Made by a program: the position numbers and the translations under genes
Assembly (NCBI GenBank): GCA_040389905.1
Contig: JAZJZK010000012.1
Span: 1 to 62,918, forward strand
Source: Gemmatimonadota bacterium
Lineage (GTDB): Bacteria; Gemmatimonadota; Gemmatimonadetes; Gemmatimonadales; Gemmatimonadaceae
DNA length: 62,918 nucleotides
Reading direction: 5' to 3'
In this document: piece after piece, positions 36,568 through 46,070 of the stretch
Layout of the letters: every line of letters begins with the position of its first letter
Numbering within the stretch: the stretch's first letter is position 1
The notes under the pieces: model-generated
Told to the model about the DNA's origin: nothing
The model's database searches: none
What the model saw: the letters and a program-made list of their open reading frames with translations, nothing else

Positions 36568-37326
36568 ATGCCTCTTGTCCGGCACGCATCGCGAGTCCTC
36601 GTCGCCGCCGTCTCGCTCATTGCCGCGATGACCGTGTCGGCGGCCCTCGCGTCCGCACAATACTTCGGGCGCGTTCGCATCGAGCCCAACGCGACCTACG
36701 ACGGCCGCTTCACGTTCGTGCGGCTCCGCTACCAACTCGTCACGCGGCCAGGTTGGGAGTACGACTATCCGGCGATGGAGCGGAACTTCATGACCATCGC
36801 GAACGACCTCACCACGCTGCGTCCGCATACCGCCGAGAGCAATATCCTCGACATGGACGATCCGGAGCTGAGTCGTTATCCGATCGCCTATCTCTCCGAG
36901 CCAGGCTACTGGTATCCGTCGCCGACGGAGGCCAGGGGACTGCGGACGTGGCTCAAGAAGGGCGGCTTCCTCGTCGTCGATGACTTCCTCCTCAACCAAT
37001 GGGCGCAATTCGAGTACGCGATGAAGCAGGTGCTGCCCGACGCGAAGATCGTCCCGCTCACCATCAAGCATCCCATCTTCGATGCCTTTTTCCGCATCAC
37101 GACATTGAGCGGGATGCACCATCCCGACAATTCGCGCGCGATCGCCGAATACTACGGTATCTACGAGAACAACGATCCGACGCGCCGATTGATGGTGATC
37201 ATCAATTACAACAACGATATCGGCGACTACATGGAGTGGTCGGGCCAGGGATGGTACGCGGTGAATCTGTCGAATGATGCGTACAAGATGGCCACGAACT
37301 GGATTGTGTACGGACTCACGCACTGA
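36568..37326 (+). CDS. DUF4159 domain protein, secreted
   Basis: FTFVRLRY, WEYDYP, YPIAYLSEPG, GGFLVVDDF, HPIF, NNDIGDYMEW, NWIVYGLTH. Confidence 0.88.
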   Translation: MPLVRHASRVLVAAVSLIAAMTVSAALASAQYFGRVRIEPNATYDGRFTFVRLRYQLVTRPGWEYDYPAMERNFMTIANDLTTLRPHTAESNILDMDDPELSRYPIAYLSEPGYWYPSPTEARGLRTWLKKGGFLVVDDFLLNQWAQFEYAMKQVLPDAKIVPLTIKHPIFDAFFRITTLSGMHHPDNSRAIAEYYGIYENNDPTRRLMVIINYNNDIGDYMEWSGQGWYAVNLSNDAYKMATNWIVYGLTH

Positions 37327-37381
37327 CTTGGCAGGCACGCGGTAAGGCAGGGTCGGAAGCGCCTGCCGTGTCTGATGGCTC

Positions 37382-39064
37382 ATGACCGCCTATCGCCGCC
37401 GCTTCGCGTTGCTGTGCTGTACCGTACTTCTCGCGTGTAGCAGGGACGCCAGCGTGAGTTCACCGCTCACGTCCCCCGCACCCGAATTGCTGAATGCCAA
37501 CGGGCCGGTCGGCTTCATCACCGGGAGTCCCGTCGCGTATGACGCTACCAAGGGCGGAACCGTCTTCTCCGATCCTGCCCTCAAGGGTCTCAGCTACCGC
37601 ATCGCCTTCGAAGGCCCCTCCCTCGGGCTTTCGTCCACTGCGGGCAGCATCACCGGAACGGGTACCGGCCCAGGCGTGGTCATGGCTACGCTTACGGCAA
37701 CCGACGGCGAGGGACGCATCGTCAGCGATCGCTTCGCGGTCGTCGTGTTTGCGAGCGGGTTACCCGTTCCGATGCTGCCTGCGCTCTCGTTGCAATATGC
37801 TGACGCAGAAGTCCCGCTGCCCGCACACTACGCCGCGAGCATCAACGGGCTCTCGGCGGCGGCCACGGATAATCTCCCACCGTCCAATCCGATCACGGAT
37901 GCCGGAGCGACACTCGGGCGGGTCTTGTTCTACGATCCGCGGCTGTCGGCGAACGATGGAACGTCGTGCGCCGGGTGTCATGTCCAGGCCCTTGGCTTCA
38001 CCGACGCGCTCCCGTCGAGCGTCGGATTCGCGGGAGCGTTGACGGGACGTCTCACCCCAGGACTGACCAATGCGCGCTTCTACAAACGCGGACGCTTCTT
38101 CTGGGACGAGCGCGCGGCATCATTGGAAGCACAGGTTCTCGGACCCATCCAGAATACCGGAGAAATGGGCATGACGCTGGAGAACCTCGTTGCGAAGGTC
38201 TCGACGACGCCGTATTACAAGCCGCTCTTCACCTCCGCGTTTGGTAACACGTCCGTCACCAGCGACCGCATCGCGCTCGCACTCGCGCAATACGTGCGTT
38301 CGCTCGTGTCCACCAACTCGCGTTATGATCGGGCATTCGTTGGCGGCGTGGCGAACTTCGCCGCCTCCTTCACCGCGGAAGAAATCGCTGGTGAGGCGCT
38401 CTTCCGAAGTGCGGGGTGCGCAAGCTGCCATAATACTATCTCGCAGGTCTCCGATTCCGTTCATAACATCGGTCTCGATGTCGTCGTCACGGACACCGGT
38501 GCTGGTCGTGGCGCGTTCAAATCACCCTCGCTCCGCAATGTCGCTGTTCGTCCGTTCTATATGCACGACGGTCGCTTCAGCAGCCTCGAGCAAGTCGTCG
38601 AGTTTTTCAATTCCGGCGTGCAGGCCAATCCCCTCCTCGATGCGAGGCTGCGCAACACGGATGGCTCGCCGAAGCGGCTGAACCTGACGGCGACGCAGAG
38701 GGCAGCGCTCGTCGCGTACATGAAGACGCTGACCGATTCGACGTTCCTTACGTCGCCGCGCTTCTCGAATCCATTCGCGGTCACCTCCGTGATTCCTCCG
38801 GTGACGAGCACGAACTTCTCAGTGACGATTCAGAACAAGGCCTACCATCCCCCGACAATCACGGTTCCCCCAGGCTCGACGGTGACCTTCACGAACCTGG
38901 ATAACCAGCGTCACAGCGCGACGTTCGCGTCTGCGGCTGTCACCGGGACGCCGACGTTCACGTCAGGTAATCGAGCAGTCTCCATGCCTGCGACTCCGGG
39001 CACGTACAACTACCAATGTGCGGTGCACGGGGCGCAGATGACGGGCGTCGTGATCGTCAAGTGA
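37382..39064 (+). CDS. Di-heme cytochrome c peroxidase/MauG-family lipoprotein with N-terminal Ig-like and C-terminal cupredoxin domains
   Basis: Lipobox LLAC; LGRVLFYDPRLS, CAGCH, FFWDERA, EMG, CASCH, FKSPSLRNV, YMHDG; C-terminal H...CAVHGAQM type-1 copper set. Confidence 0.9.
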   Translation: MTAYRRRFALLCCTVLLACSRDASVSSPLTSPAPELLNANGPVGFITGSPVAYDATKGGTVFSDPALKGLSYRIAFEGPSLGLSSTAGSITGTGTGPGVVMATLTATDGEGRIVSDRFAVVVFASGLPVPMLPALSLQYADAEVPLPAHYAASINGLSAAATDNLPPSNPITDAGATLGRVLFYDPRLSANDGTSCAGCHVQALGFTDALPSSVGFAGALTGRLTPGLTNARFYKRGRFFWDERAASLEAQVLGPIQNTGEMGMTLENLVAKVSTTPYYKPLFTSAFGNTSVTSDRIALALAQYVRSLVSTNSRYDRAFVGGVANFAASFTAEEIAGEALFRSAGCASCHNTISQVSDSVHNIGLDVVVTDTGAGRGAFKSPSLRNVAVRPFYMHDGRFSSLEQVVEFFNSGVQANPLLDARLRNTDGSPKRLNLTATQRAALVAYMKTLTDSTFLTSPRFSNPFAVTSVIPPVTSTNFSVTIQNKAYHPPTITVPPGSTVTFTNLDNQRHSATFASAAVTGTPTFTSGNRAVSMPATPGTYNYQCAVHGAQMTGVVIVK

Positions 39065-39074
39065 GCCGTAACTG

Positions 39075-39133
39075 CGTGCGGACGTATGCCGTACGCCGTA
39101 CGTCTGTAGCGTACCGCGTACGTAGGTACGTCG
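39075..39133. repeat. Degenerate GTAC-core heptamer repeats between convergent genes
   Basis: CGTATGC CGTACGC CGTACGT ... CGTACCG CGTACGT AGGTACG. Confidence 0.6.
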
Positions 39134-39169
39134 TTTGGCCGTCGCGCTTGAATCGATTACGGAAAGTAT

Positions 39170-41659
39170 CTACGGCGTGCCCACTGGCGTGGCCGCAGAC
39201 TGCGCGTCTGGCTCGGCCTTGGGACGCAGTTTGAGCTGTGTGCCGAAGTTCCTGTTGATCGCGATGATGACACCGCGGAGGCCGATGAGGCGCTCACTCG
39301 TTTCGATCACTGTTCCGTTATCCAGACGATAACCGAACTTCGTCATGTTGAATGGATCAGCCACGCGGATCGCGATACTTCCGGCGTCGCCCCACGCCTT
39401 GTAGCGAGCGCCGATATTGATGTTCACCTGCGCCAGCTGCGACCCACCTTCCATCTTGAAGGGGGCGCGATAGTTCGCGAAGGCCTGGAGGTCCGTCAAC
39501 GCCGAGAGCTTCCACGTGGCGTTGGAGCGCACCGACCATGACACGGCCTTCGTCGAAAGATTCCGCGTCGTCGTCGTGAGAGTCTTCGCGTCGCTGGAGT
39601 AGTGATACACGCTACCGCCGCCGAACAGGGTCATCGCGCCGCGACGAAGGCTCGCGTTCAGGTCCGATCCGATCGTCACCGTGCTCGCGACGTTGTCGAA
39701 GGTGCTTGTCGTGATCCCCGCGGCATCGACGAACTGGATGCTGCGGACGGCGTTCCCCGTGTGGCGTACATATGGATTGAGCTGGAGTGAGCCCCACGGC
39801 TTCGCCTCCGTCATGTTGATCTCGAACGCGTCCGTGTACTCCGGCTTGAGCTTCGGATTTCCGTACTGCTGCGTGCGGGAATCCAGGCGGAGCACCACGG
39901 GGCTCAACTGCTGCGGAAACGGGCGGCTCACGCGCCGCGAGTAGCTGAGTTTCGCCTGGCGGAGCTGCGTGAAGTTGTACGAGAGAATCGCGCTCGGATA
40001 CACGCTCGTGTACTGATTGTCCGTCTGGATGGTCTGCCGTGGAATGAGGAGGCGTGTGTCGACGTTTTCCGCCCGCAATCCGGTCTGCGTCTGGATCTTG
40101 CTCCCGAACGCACGCGACAGCAGCGCATAGGCGGCACCGATGTTCTCACGATAGCTGAACCCATTCGAGCGCGCGTTGTCGTGCACGAACGTGCCGCCCG
40201 TCAGCGTGGACACATCGAAGTCATTCGACGTCGTCCGGAAGGTGCCTTTCAAGCCGGCTTCGAGCTTCATCGTCGCTCCGAACGGCTTCATGTAGTCCGC
40301 CTTCAGGTTCCATGCGGGAAACCGGTAGGTGAGAGAATCGGTTTCCGTGGGGATGGACGACGGCGCGCCGGCGCTTTGCTTGAGCACGACACCAGACAAC
40401 CCGACATCCGACCTATTCTCGCTGTTCGAGTATTCGACATCGAGGTGATACTGCATTTCCTGCGGACGGTTCTGGTTCTGGTGATGAAACGCCAGGTCGA
40501 AGTCGATGTTGTTGCTGTGCGATGTCTGGTCAATCGACTGAATGAACTGCCCGATGACATTGCGACCCGCATCCAGGTCGGTGTAGTTGGACGATTGCTC
40601 CACGTTGAAGCGGCCCGCAAAGAGGTAGCTGTCGAAGTTGAGGGCATTCTTGACGTTGAACCGGTATTCGGTACGCAGAGTCCCTCCGCCCGACGTCGGC
40701 TGCTGGTTGGCGCCGAGCGCCGTCTCCACGAATGCGGGCGTTAGCACGACGAGATTGGTGCGCGCCGTCGTCCCCGTCATCGTACGCCGGTCCCTGTTGC
40801 CGTTCAGCGACAGGAACGCGGTGAATGGGCCTTGCTGCTTGCCAATGTTTCCGCCGAGGTTCACCTGCCCGGTGCTGCTCGTGCCGGCGTTGATTCCGCC
40901 ACTCAGTCCGAGCTCCGCTTCCTGATTGAGCACGATGTTGATGATGCCAGCTGTTCCCTCCGGATCATTCTTCGCCGACGGATTGGTAGCGACTTCCACG
41001 GTCTGCAACGTGTTCGCGGGCAGCTGCGCGAGGAACATTCCAAGCTGGTCGCCCTTCAACGGCGTCGAACGGCCGTTGATCTGAATCACCACGTTCGCGT
41101 TGCCGCGAAGGCTCACGTTGTTCGATCCGTCCACTTCGACGGCCGGAATGTTGCGCAGCACGTCGATCGCCGTACCGCCGGCGGCGGTCGTCATGTTCTT
41201 GGTGCTGTACGTATTCCGATCCGGCGAGAGGGCCTGATCATCGCGCTCGGCCGTCACTTGCTGTCCCTGGAGGTTGGTGGCCACGATGTTCAACTTCACT
41301 GTGCCGAGGTCGATCGCGGGCGCGGCCGGCGTGATGACGAGATCATTCTTCGCGTACTGCCCGAAGCCGAGCGCGCGGATGCGGATCGTATAGCGGCCTG
41401 GCGGTAGCCCATCCACTCTGAACGTGCCATCCGGCTTCGGCAGAGCGCCGCCAATGAACGACGAATCGGCCAGACGGCGAACCGTGACCGAGCCCCCCTT
41501 CACCGGCTGTCCGCTCGCAGAGTCGGCAATCCGACCGCGAATCTCTCCGATGCCAGAAGGAAGTGGGCGTGGTCCGGCCGGAGCCGCTTGCGCCGTAGCA
41601 TCAGCGGATGAGAGGGCGAGGAGAGCGATAGCGACGAACAGCGCGCGAAGCGGACGCAT
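39170..41659 (-). CDS. TonB-dependent receptor / outer-membrane beta-barrel
   Basis: Signal peptide; GGTAIDVLRNIPAVEVD; ATNPSAKNDPEGTAGIINIVL; GNPKLKPE. Confidence 0.9.
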   Translation of the reverse strand: MRPLRALFVAIALLALSSADATAQAAPAGPRPLPSGIGEIRGRIADSASGQPVKGGSVTVRRLADSSFIGGALPKPDGTFRVDGLPPGRYTIRIRALGFGQYAKNDLVITPAAPAIDLGTVKLNIVATNLQGQQVTAERDDQALSPDRNTYSTKNMTTAAGGTAIDVLRNIPAVEVDGSNNVSLRGNANVVIQINGRSTPLKGDQLGMFLAQLPANTLQTVEVATNPSAKNDPEGTAGIINIVLNQEAELGLSGGINAGTSSTGQVNLGGNIGKQQGPFTAFLSLNGNRDRRTMTGTTARTNLVVLTPAFVETALGANQQPTSGGGTLRTEYRFNVKNALNFDSYLFAGRFNVEQSSNYTDLDAGRNVIGQFIQSIDQTSHSNNIDFDLAFHHQNQNRPQEMQYHLDVEYSNSENRSDVGLSGVVLKQSAGAPSSIPTETDSLTYRFPAWNLKADYMKPFGATMKLEAGLKGTFRTTSNDFDVSTLTGGTFVHDNARSNGFSYRENIGAAYALLSRAFGSKIQTQTGLRAENVDTRLLIPRQTIQTDNQYTSVYPSAILSYNFTQLRQAKLSYSRRVSRPFPQQLSPVVLRLDSRTQQYGNPKLKPEYTDAFEINMTEAKPWGSLQLNPYVRHTGNAVRSIQFVDAAGITTSTFDNVASTVTIGSDLNASLRRGAMTLFGGGSVYHYSSDAKTLTTTTRNLSTKAVSWSVRSNATWKLSALTDLQAFANYRAPFKMEGGSQLAQVNINIGARYKAWGDAGSIAIRVADPFNMTKFGYRLDNGTVIETSERLIGLRGVIIAINRNFGTQLKLRPKAEPDAQSAATPVGTP

Positions 41660-41830
41660 GCGGCCTGGGTTTTGAGATTGTGGGCCGAGGCGATACTCGG
41701 CGGTAGGGAAAACTTGAGGACGCAGGGGATAATCGGCGCGTCACAAGAATCGGGTTGATGCCCGATGCGACCCGTACGGACGCTCGGCGCACATTGTTTC
41801 GTGAAGCTCGGATCTGGAGCGCTACGCCGC

Positions 41831-44332
41831 TCAACCCTCCGTCCGTAGCGCCACAACCGGATCCACCCGCCCAGCCGCAAGCGCAGGCCATCCCGCCGCG
41901 AGAAGCGTCGTCAGCACGAGGATACCGCCTGCCATCGCGATGCTCAGTGGCTCGCGTGACGACGTCTGGAACAGCATGCCTTCGATCAGCGGCCCCGCGC
42001 AGACAGCGGCGAGTACGCCAATTCCGATCCCGAGTCCGACCAGCCGCAACGAGTCACGCACGATCATGCGAGTAACCACCGGCGCCGTCCCGCCAAGGGC
42101 CAACCGCACCCCAATCTCGTTCGTGCGCTGCGTCACGATATACGAAATCACCCCGAACAGGCCCACCGCCGCGATCGCCAGTGCCAAGGCACTGAACGCC
42201 GAGAAAAGCGACGCCCCCAAGCGCCACGACCGAAGCTGTGGATCGATCAGCTCCTGATACGGGCGCACCTTCGCAAATACGCGCACCGCGCTCGATGATT
42301 GAATCGTATTCTGCACCAACACTCGAGCGCTGGAGAGATCGCCCCGCGCACGCAGGATCAGCCCCATCACACTTGGCTGATCGGGCATTGGTGAGTCTGG
42401 AAGCTGCTCGAACGGAACGTAGTACTGCATGATGCGGTCTTCCTTCCGCTCCGGCCTGAGCGATCGCGCGCGCGAGTCGGCGACGACGCCTACGACCTCT
42501 CGGCACGGCGCGCCGTCCGCGGGATTGGTTCCATCATCGGCCGGCGGAAAGCCAGCACCGAAACCGGCGCGAACACATTTCCCGAGTGCCGATTCGCCAG
42601 GCCACAGTGTTCGCGCCATCGATTCATTGACGAGCACGGTCAGCGGCGCGCCACGGCGGTCACGCCCCGTAGTCAGTCGACCGCGTATCAGCTGCACATC
42701 CATCAACTTCAGATACTCCGGTGTCGTGCCGTACATGATGGGGATCTGGTAGTCCTGCGGCGGCCACGGCATCCCGGGCACACTGACGGGCGGAATGTTG
42801 TGCGGACCAAATGGAATGCCGGCCGCCACCGTCGCTCCGTTCAGCGATGGCACGCTGCGCAAGCGATCGACGGCCTCCATGTACGTCATGTCCCGCTCGG
42901 GAGCGGACGTGTAGTCGCGGAAGTCGAGCGTCACGTACAGCAACTGCTGCGTGGAGAAACCGAGGTTCTGCGATTGCACCCGCTGGAGGCTGCGCACGAA
43001 CAGCGACGCACCCACGAGCAGCACGGTGCACAGCGCCACCTGGATGGTCACGAGGGTGTTCTGCAACGCAAGGCGGCTCGAGCTCCCATGCCCGCCAGCA
43101 CGCAACTGTGACGAGAGGCTGACGCTTCGTGTCTGCGAGAGTGGGACAAGGCCGGCCACCACGCCCGCGAGGCACGCAGCCGCCACCGACGCCGCGAGCA
43201 CTCTAGAATCAACGAATCGCTCGGAAGGCGCGAGGTTCGGTAGCAGCAAAACGCGCATGACATCCGCGAACCAGCGTGAGAGTACCAGGCCCATTGTCGC
43301 GCCAATGACGGCGAGCAGCATGCTCTCCGTCAGGAATTGGCGTGTGAGTTGTCCTCGACTCGCACCAAGCGCAATCCGTACGGCAACCTCGCGCCTGCGT
43401 CGCGCAGCGCGCAACGAAAGCAGTGTCCCGACATTCGCCGTCGCGATCAGGAGAACAATCAGCGAGACGGCGGCGAGCCACAGAGCAATCTGCGCTTGCG
43501 GCGCTTGCCGGGATGCGAGCCCGGGAAGCACCGGTTCGAGTTCCACTCGCAGTGACGTCGATCCGGCGGTCGACGCATCGTCCTGTACGACGCCGGACGC
43601 CATCTGACTCGCCGCTGGCACACTCACACCGTCTCGCAACCGCGCGACAACCGAGATGATGTTCATCCCTCGGGTAGAGATCCAGTTACTGGTATTCCCT
43701 CGCAGCGATGCCGACAGCGGCATGAAGACATCGATCGGGGCAAGTCCATCGCCGTTGAAGCCGGGCGGCGCGATCCCGAGAATCGTGTACGGTTGATCCT
43801 CGATCACGATCTGCTGTCCGACGATCGAGCGGTCGCCATCGTACGTGAGCTGCCAATAGTTATACGACAGTACGACAACCGCATTGCCGAGTGGCGGGAC
43901 GTCGTCATCGAGGCCGAAAAAGCGCCCCGCGATCGCGTGGGGTCCGAGGGTGATGAAGTACTCCCCGGATGCGCCGAGGACGGCGAGCGGTGTGAGCTCC
44001 GGACTTCGTCCCACGAGCATGCTGTCGGAGCGGCTTGCCGCCACCGACGTGAACGCATTCGTCGCGGCGGCGAGTGCCCGGAATGTCGGATACGACGTCG
44101 TCGTCATGCCGAAAGGCTCGCCACCTACTCCCGCGACGCTGAAACCTGCGCGCGCTACACGCTCCGGCGCGCGGATACCGGGCGGCGGAGCAAGCATGAG
44201 CCGCGTGACGAGCCCGAACATCGCAGCAGTTGTCCCGATCGTCAGCGCAAAGGTCAGCACAACGCCGGCGACGAACGTCGGCTCGCGCCGCAGCATGCGC
44301 AGGGCGTAGCTGACATCCCGTTGGACGCTCAT
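41831..44332 (-). CDS. ADOP-type duplicated ABC permease (MacB/FtsX repeats)
   Basis: DVSYALRMLRR, LLIATANVG, RRREVAVRIALGA, LFVRSL...LGF, QRTNEIGVRLALG, VDPVVALR. Confidence 0.9.
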   Translation of the reverse strand: MSVQRDVSYALRMLRREPTFVAGVVLTFALTIGTTAAMFGLVTRLMLAPPPGIRAPERVARAGFSVAGVGGEPFGMTTTSYPTFRALAAATNAFTSVAASRSDSMLVGRSPELTPLAVLGASGEYFITLGPHAIAGRFFGLDDDVPPLGNAVVVLSYNYWQLTYDGDRSIVGQQIVIEDQPYTILGIAPPGFNGDGLAPIDVFMPLSASLRGNTSNWISTRGMNIISVVARLRDGVSVPAASQMASGVVQDDASTAGSTSLRVELEPVLPGLASRQAPQAQIALWLAAVSLIVLLIATANVGTLLSLRAARRRREVAVRIALGASRGQLTRQFLTESMLLAVIGATMGLVLSRWFADVMRVLLLPNLAPSERFVDSRVLAASVAAACLAGVVAGLVPLSQTRSVSLSSQLRAGGHGSSSRLALQNTLVTIQVALCTVLLVGASLFVRSLQRVQSQNLGFSTQQLLYVTLDFRDYTSAPERDMTYMEAVDRLRSVPSLNGATVAAGIPFGPHNIPPVSVPGMPWPPQDYQIPIMYGTTPEYLKLMDVQLIRGRLTTGRDRRGAPLTVLVNESMARTLWPGESALGKCVRAGFGAGFPPADDGTNPADGAPCREVVGVVADSRARSLRPERKEDRIMQYYVPFEQLPDSPMPDQPSVMGLILRARGDLSSARVLVQNTIQSSSAVRVFAKVRPYQELIDPQLRSWRLGASLFSAFSALALAIAAVGLFGVISYIVTQRTNEIGVRLALGGTAPVVTRMIVRDSLRLVGLGIGIGVLAAVCAGPLIEGMLFQTSSREPLSIAMAGGILVLTTLLAAGWPALAAGRVDPVVALRTEG

Positions 44333-44796
44333 TGCCTCTTGAGTACCAGCGTCCCACTCGGCGCCGGTGGAGGGAAGTTCGCCGGCGCGTCACGGAGCAC
44401 GAGTGTTCCCACCAGGCTGTCCGGCCCTGCAAGCCGCACCTTGTAGATCCAGGTTCCGCCGCCGCTGTTCGGCGACTCCCACGAGAGCCCGGCAGCGCTC
44501 GACATCAGTTTCTCGTCGGGTGCGGTTCCGCCGCCGGGATGGATGATGACGCCGGAGTAGTTGCCGTCGGTGACCGAGAAGCGGAAGACGACCTCGTCGG
44601 CTCCCATCGGCATCGTGCGGTTTCCGCGCCAGAGTCCAGCATACGGGAATTTCGCGTCGCGCGGGACTCCGGCCGGCATCGGCGCCGATGTTGGCCCACT
44701 CTCTGGCGATCGGCGGCGCTCTTGTGCGTCAGATGACCGGACCGATCCACCGACCAATCCAGCGACGCAGAGTGCCATCATGTGGATTCGCTGCAC
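44329..44796 (-). CDS. Secreted hypothetical protein
   Basis: GGAGGA RBS before GTG 44796; signal peptide; 4-nt overlap with the ADOP start. Confidence 0.7.
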   Translation of the reverse strand: MQRIHMMALCVAGLVGGSVRSSDAQERRRSPESGPTSAPMPAGVPRDAKFPYAGLWRGNRTMPMGADEVVFRFSVTDGNYSGVIIHPGGGTAPDEKLMSSAAGLSWESPNSGGGTWIYKVRLAGPDSLVGTLVLRDAPANFPPPAPSGTLVLKRQ

Positions 44797-44961
44797 ATCT
44801 CCTCCGTGTTGAATGGGATGCGAGGTAGATGTGACCGTGAACATGCAGCGCCAACGCCCGAGGGACCGGTGCGCAGAAAACCGGGGCAAAGCCGCGCGTT
44901 TCTCCCCTGAACGCCGCCGCCGAGAACGTCGCCGACCGGTGCGGACGCAGGGCGAATCGCG

Positions 44962-45537
44962 CTATGGCGTCGGCCGTGCCCGCTCGAGCGCCCGTCGCAC
45001 CAGCGCAACGTGAAACGTGTCCGACCAGTCAACACCGCCGAATTCGCGAAAGACGATTCGCCCGGAAGGATCGATGACGGTCGTGTTCGGAACCCCAGAC
45101 ACCTGGTACGCTCGTTCGAGGGCACCCGTCGGGTCGCGAAGGATGTCGAACGTCACCCCACGCTGCCGCGCAAATTCCGCCACCGCGGCTGATGGCACGG
45201 CGTTCTTGTCCGTCGCAATCCCGACCACGCGGACGCCTGAATCCGCGAACATCGCTGACAGCCGTTGGAGCGATGGCATTTCCTTGACGCACGGGATGCA
45301 CGTCGTCGACCAGACGTTGAGCACGACCACTTTACCGCGGAAGCCGTCGAGCGACGTCGCGTGGGTCGGTCCGCTGACAACTGTCGCGTGGAACACCGGC
45401 GCCATCGCGCCGGCAACCAGCTTCGGCGGCGGCTCGACGAAGGCCGCGATCGAGATGATTCCTCCGAAGAGGATGACGATCGTTCCGGCGACGATTGCCC
45501 ACTGCTTACCGAGTTGTATGGAGGGTACGGTCGTCAT
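44962..45537 (-). CDS. TlpA/ResA-like thiol-disulfide oxidoreductase
   Basis: Membrane anchor; GKVVVLNVWSTTCIPCVKEMPSL; cis-Pro GVPNT. Confidence 0.88.
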   Translation of the reverse strand: MTTVPSIQLGKQWAIVAGTIVILFGGIISIAAFVEPPPKLVAGAMAPVFHATVVSGPTHATSLDGFRGKVVVLNVWSTTCIPCVKEMPSLQRLSAMFADSGVRVVGIATDKNAVPSAAVAEFARQRGVTFDILRDPTGALERAYQVSGVPNTTVIDPSGRIVFREFGGVDWSDTFHVALVRRALERARPTP

Positions 45538-45946
45538 GGCGGTTCATGAGGTTGGAGACCAGTGGGCCTACCGTCGCGGAGGTAACGGCAAGGAGGGGGA
45601 CACCAAGGAAGATTCCGGCAGCGAAGACAAGCGCTCCGTAAGCAAGGTGTGAGCGATGTCGGCGGAGCAGCGCACTGGCGATCTGCGCGCAGATGAATGG
45701 GCAGAGCGTCGCGACGCCAATGATGAACAACCACCCCGCGAATACGGGAGCGTTGTTCCGGAACTTCAAGATCGGCGACCACACCAGGAACACCGTGACT
45801 GTTGCAGTCCAGGTGCCGATGAAAATCCAGACGGCCCACGCCGGCCTGGACCTCATGCGCACGTATGCGAGGAGTACGGCCTGTGTCGCGACGAAGGGGA
45901 TGAACAACTCCCACCCCGAGGCGCGCGCGAGGATCCAATTTGTCAT
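45506..45946 (-). CDS. Hypothetical membrane protein
   Basis: Four hydrophobic segments; co-oriented with neighbours; 32-nt overlap with the TlpA gene. Confidence 0.55.
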   Translation of the reverse strand: MTNWILARASGWELFIPFVATQAVLLAYVRMRSRPAWAVWIFIGTWTATVTVFLVWSPILKFRNNAPVFAGWLFIIGVATLCPFICAQIASALLRRHRSHLAYGALVFAAGIFLGVPLLAVTSATVGPLVSNLMNRHDDRTLHTTR

Positions 45947-46070
45947 GCCCGCACAGTGGGCGAGGCGCCCCTCGGAAGCCAGTTACGAAAGGATTAAGTG
46001 TCGGTGTTCGGCAGATTACACAATGATGAAGTCCCGACGGGTGAAGCTGCTGCGGAGCGGTTGCTCATGG

